Assembly (NCBI GenBank): GCA_965222155.1
Contig: CBDCTH010000012.1
Location: 1,056,001 to 1,120,000, forward strand
Length of the DNA: 64,000 nucleotides
From: Gammaproteobacteria bacterium
GTDB lineage: Bacteria; Pseudomonadota; Gammaproteobacteria; Eutrophobiales; Eutrophobiaceae
Direction: 5' to 3'
Shown: positions 51,498 through 59,940 of the stretch, in pieces
Position numbering within the stretch: the first letter of the stretch is position 1
Layout of the letters: the number at the start of each line of letters is the position of its first letter
Program-made: the position numbers and the translations under genes
Notes under the pieces: generated by a model
The model's input: only the letters and a program-made list of their open reading frames with translations
What the model was told of the DNA's origin: nothing
Databases searched by the model: none

Positions 51498-51760
51498 TAG
51501 CCCGGATTTCTCACCAGTTGATGCGATGATCGCGCTGGATTTTTGCCGCCAGCGGGTGCCTGCGACCGAAAGCATAGCCGTAGTTGATGTGCGCCCTCCA
51601 TGGCGCGCACCCTGCGGGCATCCTTCGGATGTCCAAATCTGCTCCAGGCAGATTTGTCTGGTTGAGGGACAAATCGTCAGGACTGACGATTTGCACGGCG
51701 ACAGCCGCCCGCAGGGTTGCGTCCAGAGCCTGCCCCTGTAGGGCGTTGAGCAGGGGGCAC
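51498..51760. mobile_element. MITE-like element, copy 3 (one end only)
   Basis: TAGCCCGGATTTCTCACCAGTTG start and shared core; similarity stops after the inserted hairpin at ~51725-51757. Confidence 0.8.
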
Positions 51761-52053
51761 CCGCTGTTGGGAGACCTGCCTCAGGGGCGGTTCCCGTACC
51801 CGTATACAGGACCGGACAGATTGCGTATTACAGATGAGGACATGCTTAGTGTTTCTGACAAGGACTATTCCATTTGTTGACAACACTTAAATGACGCTAT
51901 ATATCGCTATATGTCGCATATGCATGTAACAACGTCGTGCTGCCATATACACGAAATCACCGGCTAATCCAGACTTCCGCAAAATTGCAGTTCAGGAAAA
52001 GTGGGCAGATTTAAATCTGTACTCCCTTAAGTTACTCATGAGGCATGATAGCA

Positions 52054-52782
52054 ATGAACCAAGAAGCTGCTGCAGAAATCTGGAACGACGAGCAGGACGA
52101 TGACTTTGTTCTGTCCGAACTGGACGATACGGAGCTGGTGGAACAGATGCACGATGACCTCTACGACGGCCTTAAGGAAGAGATTATAGAGGGCACGCAA
52201 CTCCTCCTGTCCCGGGGTTGGGCCGCGGACAAGGTGCTAAACGAGGCCCTGGTGGGCGGCATGCAGATCGTGGGTATCGATTTCCGTGACGGCATTTTAT
52301 TCGTGCCGGAAGTGCTGCTGGCGGCCAATGCCATGAAGGGCGGAATGGCAATATTACGCCCGTTGCTGGCGGAAACGGGGGCCAAGCCCATCGGCAAGAT
52401 GGTGATCGGCACCGTCAAGGGCGATATCCACGATATCGGCAAGAACCTGGTAGGGATGATGATGGAAGGGGCCGGTTTTGAAGTCATCAATCTCGGCATC
52501 AATAACAGCGTTGAGAACTATTTTGCCGCGCTGGAACAACATCAACCGGATATTCTCGGGATGTCCGCCCTGCTCACCACCACCATGCCGTACATGAAAG
52601 TCGTGATCGACGAGATGGTCTCGCAACATATCCGCGATGATTATATCGTCATGGTCGGCGGTGCGCCGTTGAACGAGGAGTTCGGTATTGCTGTCGGCGC
52701 CGATGCGTATTGCCGGGATGCTGCGGAAGCATCCGATACCGGCACGCGCCTCGTACGAACGCGGGAAATCATCAGCGCCTGA
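52054..52782 (+). CDS. Corrinoid (B12-binding) protein, MtgC/MttC-like
   Basis: FVPEVLLAANAM cap domain; GTVKGDIHDIGKNLV; MSALLTTTM; VMVGGAP. Confidence 0.93.
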   Translation: MNQEAAAEIWNDEQDDDFVLSELDDTELVEQMHDDLYDGLKEEIIEGTQLLLSRGWAADKVLNEALVGGMQIVGIDFRDGILFVPEVLLAANAMKGGMAILRPLLAETGAKPIGKMVIGTVKGDIHDIGKNLVGMMMEGAGFEVINLGINNSVENYFAALEQHQPDILGMSALLTTTMPYMKVVIDEMVSQHIRDDYIVMVGGAPLNEEFGIAVGADAYCRDAAEASDTGTRLVRTREIISA

Positions 52783-52853
52783 TTCGCACATCCAGTACGC
52801 TGGCGTAGTCAGGTGCTCCCGCTAAATCGAGGTCAATACAGTTTAAGACAAGG

Positions 52854-52877
52854 GGGGACAGATTTAAATCTGTCCCC
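52854..52877. repeat. Perfect palindrome GGGGACAGATTTAAATCTGTCCCC
   Basis: Directly visible; family members at ~43510, ~52003 and ~59908. Confidence 0.85.
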
Positions 52878-53064
52878 CAGGAGTCACGAGGCCTGTTTCC
52901 CTGGGAGGGAGTCTCGCCCTCCACGAGGGCAGGAGGCCCTCGATCCCGGGAGTTAGCAGGAGCCGCTGTGGCGTAGTTTCGGGAATTGACACGTCCCGTG
53001 TCGATCTGCCGGAATTTCCCCGGCTTTGCTGAGATGGTTTAATCCAAATCTGGAGAGAACAGCG

Positions 53065-54609
53065 ATGGCAAGACAATCCGGTGGGAGAAAGGCGCGCAGG
53101 GCACTGCGTAGCGCACCGTTGGCTGATGCGCTCAAGCCCGTTCATCCGGGCGAGGTTGGCGGACAATTCCGGCCTTTGAAAGATACGGACAGCGCGGCCA
53201 TAAACGATAACGTCTTCAGGATTCTGGAAGAAGTCGGCTTCGGCGAGGCGACACCTCATTGCATAGAGACCTGTACCGGCGTCGGCGCCGTGCTCGGCAA
53301 TGACGGCCGTTTGAGAATGCCGAGAGCCGTGATCGAAAACGCCATGCGGCTTGCCAGACGCAACCTGGTGTTGCACGGCCAGGACCCCAGACACGATTTG
53401 TACCTCAACGGCAGCAAGGTCCACTTCGCGACGGCCGGCGCCGCGGTCATGGTTGCCGACCCTGAAAACAATCTATACCGCGAGTCGACGGCACAGGACC
53501 TCTACGACATGGCGCGCATCGCCGACACCTGTGAACACATTCACATGTTCCAGCGTACCTGCGTGTTGCGAGACATAGCAGACAATTACGAAATGGATCT
53601 CAATACCGCCTATTGCGTGGTCGTGGGCACCAGCAAACACGTTGCTTCAAGCTGGACCGAATCCTGGCATCTCGAAAAAACCCTGGAAATGTTGCACATC
53701 ATTGCCGGCGGTGAAGCCGAGTGGCGCGCGCGACCGTTCGTCAGCCAATCCAACTGCTTTGTCGTGCCGCCTATGAAGTTTGCCCAGGAGTCCCTGGAAT
53801 GTCTGCGGATCGCAGTCCAGGGCGGTATGCCGGTGCTGCTCCTGTCTGCAGGGCAAGCCGGCGCAACTACGCCGGCCTGTCTGGCCGGCGCCGTCTCCCA
53901 GGCCTGGGCCGAATGTCTCGGCGGCCTGGTCTATGTGAATGCAATCGAACCCGGCGCCCCGGCCATTCTCGGTGCCTGGCCGTTCGTCTCCGACCTGCGC
54001 ACCGGCGCCATGAGCGGCGGTTCGCCGGAACAGGGTCTGCTGTCCGCGGCCTGCGCGCAAATGGGCAACGTCTACGACTTGCCCTTTGGTACGGCCTGCG
54101 GGATGACGGATTCGAAATTCCCGGATTTTCAGGCCGGCGCCGACCGCGCCGCAACGACCCTGGCCGCGGCACTGTCAGGCGCCAACATTATCTACGAATC
54201 GGCAGGCATGTACGCGAGCCTGCTGGGGACCTGCCCCGAGAGCCTGCTGTTGGACAATGACGTGCTGGGCGCCGCTATGCGGGTAACGAGAGGGATTGAA
54301 GTTAATACCGAGACCTTGAGTTTTGACGAAATAAAACAGGTCTGCAGCGGCGGTGAAGGTCATTACCTGGGCTCTGACCGAACGTTGAAGGTCATGCAAA
54401 GCGAATATATTTACCCGGATTTCAGCGATCGCACGAGTCCCAACGTGTGGGAGGAAAGCGGAAAACCGATTATGTTGCAGAAAGCCATCGAGAAGAAACA
54501 AGCGATTCTCGCCAGTCATTTCCCCGGCCATGTCAGTGGCGAAACTGATGCCGAAGTGCGGGCCAGGTTCCCGATTTTCCTGTCCCGCGAGGCCGTCGGC
54601 AGGAATTAA
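53065..54609 (+). CDS. Trimethylamine methyltransferase (MttB) superfamily, non-pyrrolysine (MtgB-like)
   Basis: ILEEVGF, QAGATTPACLAG, DLRTGAMSGGSPE, TDSKFPDFQAG, GHYLG; no in-frame TAG. Confidence 0.92.
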   Translation: MARQSGGRKARRALRSAPLADALKPVHPGEVGGQFRPLKDTDSAAINDNVFRILEEVGFGEATPHCIETCTGVGAVLGNDGRLRMPRAVIENAMRLARRNLVLHGQDPRHDLYLNGSKVHFATAGAAVMVADPENNLYRESTAQDLYDMARIADTCEHIHMFQRTCVLRDIADNYEMDLNTAYCVVVGTSKHVASSWTESWHLEKTLEMLHIIAGGEAEWRARPFVSQSNCFVVPPMKFAQESLECLRIAVQGGMPVLLLSAGQAGATTPACLAGAVSQAWAECLGGLVYVNAIEPGAPAILGAWPFVSDLRTGAMSGGSPEQGLLSAACAQMGNVYDLPFGTACGMTDSKFPDFQAGADRAATTLAAALSGANIIYESAGMYASLLGTCPESLLLDNDVLGAAMRVTRGIEVNTETLSFDEIKQVCSGGEGHYLGSDRTLKVMQSEYIYPDFSDRTSPNVWEESGKPIMLQKAIEKKQAILASHFPGHVSGETDAEVRARFPIFLSREAVGRN

Positions 54610-54688
54610 CCCCCGTTCGTCATGCCGGCCAGGGAAACGTCATAGTGGACAGGGATTGCACACGCTGTAAGCAGGGGTGGGAATCCGG

Positions 54689-57145
54689 TCAGCTACGAAT
54701 TCGCTTGTTATCAGGATCGTACATGGGTCGCAGTGAGGCCTCGGCCTGGATGCGGACGCCGGCCACTTCGATTTCCAACGTGTCTCCGGCCAACTCCGCC
54801 AGGTCGCGGACCCCCGAGGTGTCGACGTAGCCCAGACCGATGCTGCCGCCCAGGGTATGGCCGTAACTGCCGGACGTCACGTGGCCGATAATCCTGTCTT
54901 GATGCCAGATCGGTTCGTTGTGGTAGAGGAGAGGTTCCGGGTCGCGCAACCTGAACTGTAACAGGCGTCTGCGTATGCCCTGCTCCTGCTGTTTCAGCAA
55001 CGCGTCGCGGCCGATGAACCCGCCCGGCTTGTCGAACTTGACCGTAAATTCCAGCCCTGCCTCGAGCGGCGTGTCCTCGTCGGTGATATCGTGACTCCAA
55101 TGTCGATAGGCTTTTTCGATACGCAGGGAGTCGAGGGCATGATAACCGGCGTGGGCCAGACCGGCTGCTTCTCCGGCAGCGACAATCGCCTCGTATACAC
55201 CGGAGACAAACTCGGTCGGTATATAGAGTTCCCAGCCCAACTCGCCAACGTAGGTAATGCGTGAAGCGCGCACCAGTGCGTAACCCAGTTCTATCTCGCG
55301 GCTGGTTGCAAAGCCGAACGCCTCGTTCGACAGGTCGTCCGGCGTCAATGGCTGCAACAGCTTGCGCGCATTCGGACCCATCACGGATATGACGCCCATG
55401 GCCGATGTCACGTTGGTCAGCACGCAGTGCGCAGCGGCGGGAATGTGCTGTTTGAGCCAGTGAAAATCGCGGATTTCCGTGGCGGCAGCCGTCACGATCA
55501 GGAAGCTGTCCTGGGCGAGACGCGTGACCGTCAGGTCCGCCTCGATTCCTCCCTTTTCGTTCAACCATTGCGTATAGACGATACGACCGGGCCGAACGTC
55601 AACGTCATTGGCGCAAACGTAGTTCAGCACCCGTGCTGCATCTCTCCCTTCCAGACGGTACTTGGCGAAGGACGACTGGTCGAACAGGCCGACGTTTTCA
55701 CGCACCGCCCGGTGTTCGGCTGCCGAGTACTCGAACCAGTTCTGGCGTCCGTAGCTGTATTCATAGCTGGCTTCCACCCCCCGGGGCGCGTACCAGTTCG
55801 GTCGTTCCCACCCGGCCGTTTCGCCGTGACAGGCGCCAATTGATTTCAGGCGGTCGTAAAGCGGCGACCTGCGCACGCCGCGTGCGGTCTCATATTGGCG
55901 AAAGGGGTAGTGCTTGGCGTAGAGCAGACCCAGGCTCTCGGACACGCGCTCGCGCAGGTATTTGCGGTTACCCTGGAAAGGCATGTTGCGCCGTACATCT
56001 ACCTCCCAGAGGTCGTCCGGCGGCTGCCCGGCGCGGATCCATTCCGCCATGACTTTCCCTATTCCTCCTGCGGATTGCAGGCCGATCGAATTCAAACCGG
56101 CGGCAACAAAGCAATTCCCGAATTCGGGCGCCCGGCCCAGGTGGTAACGCACGTCCGGGGTAAAACTCTCCGGTCCGCAAAAGAACTTCTGGATGCCTGC
56201 CGCTTCGAGGGCCGGCACGCGCGCCATGGCGTCCTGCAGGATCGGCTCAAAATGATCGAAGTTGCCGGCAATTTCATCAAAGCAGAAGTCTTCGGGAATA
56301 CCATCCATGCCCCAGGGCCGGGCGCTGGGTTCGAACGCGCCTACCAGTAATTTGCCGGCGTCGTGTTTGTAATAGGTACAGGCGTCATAGTCACGTATCA
56401 CCGGCAGGTTCTCATCCAGTCCCGCAACGGATTCAAACAACGCATAGTAGTGCTCACAGGCATGAAGCGGTACGTTGACCCCGATTGTCGCGGCCAGGTC
56501 CCGCGTCCACATGCCGGCGCAAAGCACCACGTGGCCGGCGTCCATATCGCCGTACCCGGTGCTGACGCCGGTGACCCGGCCGGCGCCGGTGCGAATTGCC
56601 GTTACCGGCACGTTCTGAAAAATCCGCGCGCCGTTGGCCCGTGCTCCCTTGGCCAGCGCCTGGGTGATATCGACCGCGTTGCCGTATCCGTCGGAAGGAA
56701 TATGTATCCCGCCGAGCACGTCATCGGTATGAAGCAGCGGAATCCGCTCCTTGATGGCCGCGGGCGTGACAACATCGACTTTCAACCCGAACACCTGCGC
56801 CATCGAGGCGTTGCGTTTCAGTTCCTCGAAGCGTTCTTCACTGGTAGCGATTGAGACCGATCCGCATTGCCGGTAGCCTGTAGCCTGCCCCGTTTCCGCC
56901 TCCAACCCATCGTAGAGTTCCCTGGTGTAACGGGCGAGCTTGGTCATGTTGATGGACCCGCGCAACTGCCCGATCAGACCGGCCGCGTGCCAGGTGGTTC
57001 CCGATGTGATCTGCTTGCGCTCCAGCAGCACAACGTCCTGTGAGTGGAATTTGGCCAGGTGATAGGCAATGGAACAACCGATCACGCCGCCACCGATGAT
57101 AATCACGTCGGCGCGCCCGGGGAGATTGGCTGGTGTATTGGACAC
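54689..57145 (-). CDS. Sarcosine dehydrogenase-like FAD/GcvT-family protein
   Basis: IIGGGVIG, GTTWHAAGL, GPESFTPD, GWERPNW, TYVGELGWEL, SLRIEKAYRHW. Confidence 0.9.
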   Translation of the reverse strand: MSNTPANLPGRADVIIIGGGVIGCSIAYHLAKFHSQDVVLLERKQITSGTTWHAAGLIGQLRGSINMTKLARYTRELYDGLEAETGQATGYRQCGSVSIATSEERFEELKRNASMAQVFGLKVDVVTPAAIKERIPLLHTDDVLGGIHIPSDGYGNAVDITQALAKGARANGARIFQNVPVTAIRTGAGRVTGVSTGYGDMDAGHVVLCAGMWTRDLAATIGVNVPLHACEHYYALFESVAGLDENLPVIRDYDACTYYKHDAGKLLVGAFEPSARPWGMDGIPEDFCFDEIAGNFDHFEPILQDAMARVPALEAAGIQKFFCGPESFTPDVRYHLGRAPEFGNCFVAAGLNSIGLQSAGGIGKVMAEWIRAGQPPDDLWEVDVRRNMPFQGNRKYLRERVSESLGLLYAKHYPFRQYETARGVRRSPLYDRLKSIGACHGETAGWERPNWYAPRGVEASYEYSYGRQNWFEYSAAEHRAVRENVGLFDQSSFAKYRLEGRDAARVLNYVCANDVDVRPGRIVYTQWLNEKGGIEADLTVTRLAQDSFLIVTAAATEIRDFHWLKQHIPAAAHCVLTNVTSAMGVISVMGPNARKLLQPLTPDDLSNEAFGFATSREIELGYALVRASRITYVGELGWELYIPTEFVSGVYEAIVAAGEAAGLAHAGYHALDSLRIEKAYRHWSHDITDEDTPLEAGLEFTVKFDKPGGFIGRDALLKQQEQGIRRRLLQFRLRDPEPLLYHNEPIWHQDRIIGHVTSGSYGHTLGGSIGLGYVDTSGVRDLAELAGDTLEIEVAGVRIQAEASLRPMYDPDNKRIRS

Positions 57146-57166
57146 TATCAGCCCACCGATAGGACT

Positions 57167-57298
57167 ATCATTCCGCGTCCCTCGTCGTCATTCCGCGTCT
57201 CTCGTTGTCATTCCGGCGGAAGCCGGAATCCAGTCCAATAACGTGCCGCCAAAGGCGGCGTTCTGTTTCACTGGATTCCGGCTTCCGCCGGAATGACG
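57167..57298. repeat. REP pair with degenerate stutter
   Basis: GTCATTCCGGCGGAAGCCGGAATCCAGT ... ACTGGATTCCGGCTTCCGCCGGAATGACG. Confidence 0.88.
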
Positions 57299-57367
57299 CA
57301 GCTGACTGATACTGTATGGTTATTTCGTCAAGATAACTCATCGAACAATACTTAAAGTTTCAGGTCG

Positions 57368-59839
57368 TTATATCCTTAGTCGTACATTAGCAGGATCATA
57401 AGCCGGTTCCTTCAGGACTCTTGCTGGACAGCGTTCCCCGAGGAGGTCAATACTCAACTCCGTGCCGGGTTTGGCCAGTTCCGGGGTCACGTAACCAAAG
57501 CCCAGGCTTTTTTGAACGTAATGGCCATAACCGCCGGACGTCGTTACTCCGACGCATTCATCGCCTCTGAACATAGATTCACTACCCCGAATATCCGAGT
57601 CAGTTGCATCGACCTCGAAATACACGAGTTGCAGAGTGGCTTCCTTGTCCACTGGATTCCGGCATTCGCCGGAATGACGGAGCCGGTCCTGTTGCTCCAG
57701 GGTGGCCTGCCGGCCCACGAAGTCGTCCTTATCGAATCGGATAAAACGCGCCATGTCGGCATCGATCATCGTAACTTCGTTGGTCAACTCCGCCCCCCAG
57801 CCCCGGTACGCCTTTTCCATCCGCAGGCTGTTGACGGCGTACAGTCCGAAATCGGCAATAGCGAACGCCTCGCCTGCTTCCCGGAGGGCATCGTACAACT
57901 CCTCCATGTATTCCATCGGCGGATGCAACTCCCAACCCAGTTCACCGACATAGTTAACCCGTAGCGCCCGGACGGTCCTTCCCGCAACGGTAATCTCCTT
58001 GCCGCTCAACCAGCGGAACGCGCCGCTGTCCAGGGGCGAGTCCGTAACACTGGCAAGGACATCTCGCGATCTCGGCCCGGCAAGCACCAGCACGCCCCGC
58101 TTATCGGTTACATTGGCAACCTGCACCTGCTCGTCTTCGCGCCTGCCCTGGATCAGATGGTCCAGGTCGCGCAGTTCGGCGCCGGCCGCGGACAACACGT
58201 AGAAATGATCGTCGGCAAGATGCGTGATCGTCATCTCGCCGCCGATACGCCCGCCTTCGGACAACACGTGCGCAAGGGCAATGCCGCCCATTTTCGGCAT
58301 CCTGTTAGCGCAAATACGATCCAGGAACCTGTGGGCGCCGGCGCCGGTCACGTCATACTTGGCGAAACCCGATAAATCCAGGATGCCGACCCGCTCGCGC
58401 ACCGCCAGGCACTCATTACGCACCACGTCGAAAACGTTGTTGCGACGGTAGTCGTATTCTTCCTCGCGAGCGTCCGGAGAAAACCATTTGGGCCGTTCCC
58501 AGCCGAATGTCTCGGTGTACACGCAACCCTGCGCTTTCAGTTTTTCATACAGCGGGCTAACGCGCCGCGGGCGGGCGGCGGGCAACTCTTCACCGGGAAG
58601 CGGGGTAAAGTAGGTCATGCTGTAATCCTGGCGGCCCTTCGCCTTCATGTAGTCCTCATCGGCAAAGACGCCGAAACGGCGAGGGTCGAATCCGGTCATA
58701 TTGATTTCCGCAGCGCCGTAGAGCATCCACTGTGCGAGATACTTGCCACACCCCGCGCCCTGCGCAATACCGAACGAGGAACCGCAACAGAGCCAGAAGT
58801 TCTTAAGCCCGGCCACAGGTCCCAGAACAGGCGGGCCATCGGCAGAATGGGGAATGGCGCCGTTAACGATACGTTTGAGGCCGGCATTTTCGATGATCGG
58901 CATACGCTCCATCGCGCGTTCGAGCCACGGCATCAGACGGTCGAGATCTTCGTCAAACAGTTCACTGTCGGACTCCCAATCCGGCAGCCCCCGTGGCGGC
59001 CACGCTTCGGCAAGGTTATCGTGTTCATATATGCCGATAAGGCCGGACTTCTGCTCCTGGCGCAGGTACGCCGAGGAGTATGGATCGCGCATCACCGGAA
59101 TCTCTTCAGCGCGCTCGATAAATTCCGGTATCGGGCCGGAGACGAGATAGTGGTGCTGAATGTTGCAGATGGGCAGGTCGGCGCCCACCATTTGCGCCAC
59201 CTGCCTTGCATAACAGCCTGCCGCGTTTACGACGGTTTCTGCAATAAAGTTGCCGTTCTCGGTCACCACTTGCCATTCCCCGGAAGGCAGCGCGTTGATA
59301 TCAACGACCCGGTTATGCCGGACGATCGTGGCGCCCATGTTGCGTGCGCCGCGAGCCATCGCGTTGGTAAGACCCGCCGGATCCGCATGGCCGTCAGCGC
59401 GCGTCCACGCGCCGGCCAGGACGCCGTCGGTGGATATAAACGGATTGAGCTTCCTGACCTGGTCGACGCCGATGATTTCCATGTGAAACCCGACGTTATC
59501 TGCGATCCCTTTGACGTATTTAAACCAGTCCAGATCGCGCTCGGTTAACGCGAATCGAACACTGCCCGACATGTGCCAACTGACAGCCTGTCCGGTGAGT
59601 TCCTCCAGCCTTTTATAGAGGGAGATGCTGTATTCATGGATCTTGGCGAGATTGTAATTGCCGACGAAGTTCGGGCATTGGCCGGCCGCATGCCAGGTCG
59701 AACCGGAGGTGAGTTCGCCTTTCTCGATCAAAACAACGTCAGTGCAACCCTCCTCAGTCAGGTGGTAGAGCAGACCAACTCCCATGATGCCGCCCCCAAC
59801 GATGACGATGCGGGCATGACTGTCGGTGCTGTTCTTCAT
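57368..59839 (-). CDS. Dimethylglycine dehydrogenase-like FAD/GcvT-family protein with an in-frame REP insertion
   Basis: IVGGGIMG, GSTWHAAG, GWERPKWF, NYVGELGWELH, SLRMEKAYR. Confidence 0.9.
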   Translation of the reverse strand: MKNSTDSHARIVIVGGGIMGVGLLYHLTEEGCTDVVLIEKGELTSGSTWHAAGQCPNFVGNYNLAKIHEYSISLYKRLEELTGQAVSWHMSGSVRFALTERDLDWFKYVKGIADNVGFHMEIIGVDQVRKLNPFISTDGVLAGAWTRADGHADPAGLTNAMARGARNMGATIVRHNRVVDINALPSGEWQVVTENGNFIAETVVNAAGCYARQVAQMVGADLPICNIQHHYLVSGPIPEFIERAEEIPVMRDPYSSAYLRQEQKSGLIGIYEHDNLAEAWPPRGLPDWESDSELFDEDLDRLMPWLERAMERMPIIENAGLKRIVNGAIPHSADGPPVLGPVAGLKNFWLCCGSSFGIAQGAGCGKYLAQWMLYGAAEINMTGFDPRRFGVFADEDYMKAKGRQDYSMTYFTPLPGEELPAARPRRVSPLYEKLKAQGCVYTETFGWERPKWFSPDAREEEYDYRRNNVFDVVRNECLAVRERVGILDLSGFAKYDVTGAGAHRFLDRICANRMPKMGGIALAHVLSEGGRIGGEMTITHLADDHFYVLSAAGAELRDLDHLIQGRREDEQVQVANVTDKRGVLVLAGPRSRDVLASVTDSPLDSGAFRWLSGKEITVAGRTVRALRVNYVGELGWELHPPMEYMEELYDALREAGEAFAIADFGLYAVNSLRMEKAYRGWGAELTNEVTMIDADMARFIRFDKDDFVGRQATLEQQDRLRHSGECRNPVDKEATLQLVYFEVDATDSDIRGSESMFRGDECVGVTTSGGYGHYVQKSLGFGYVTPELAKPGTELSIDLLGERCPARVLKEPAYDPANVRLRI
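57651..57679 (-). repeat. REP palindrome inside coding sequence (translated RHSGECRNPV)
   Basis: ACTGGATTCCGGCATTCGCCGGAATGACG is identical to the intergenic copy at ~38362. Confidence 0.92.
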
Positions 59840-59940
59840 TGTGATTCGAGTAATCTGAGTTGGTAAGAATATCCCAGGAATGGGTCTGCCCCTGCATGTT
59901 GTAATAAGGGGACGGATTTGAAATCCGTCCCCGGTGATCC

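Noticed and set aside
53065-54609. Pyrrolysine-containing trimethylamine methyltransferase
   Set aside because: The ORF is continuous with no in-frame amber codon, and no pyl genes are present.
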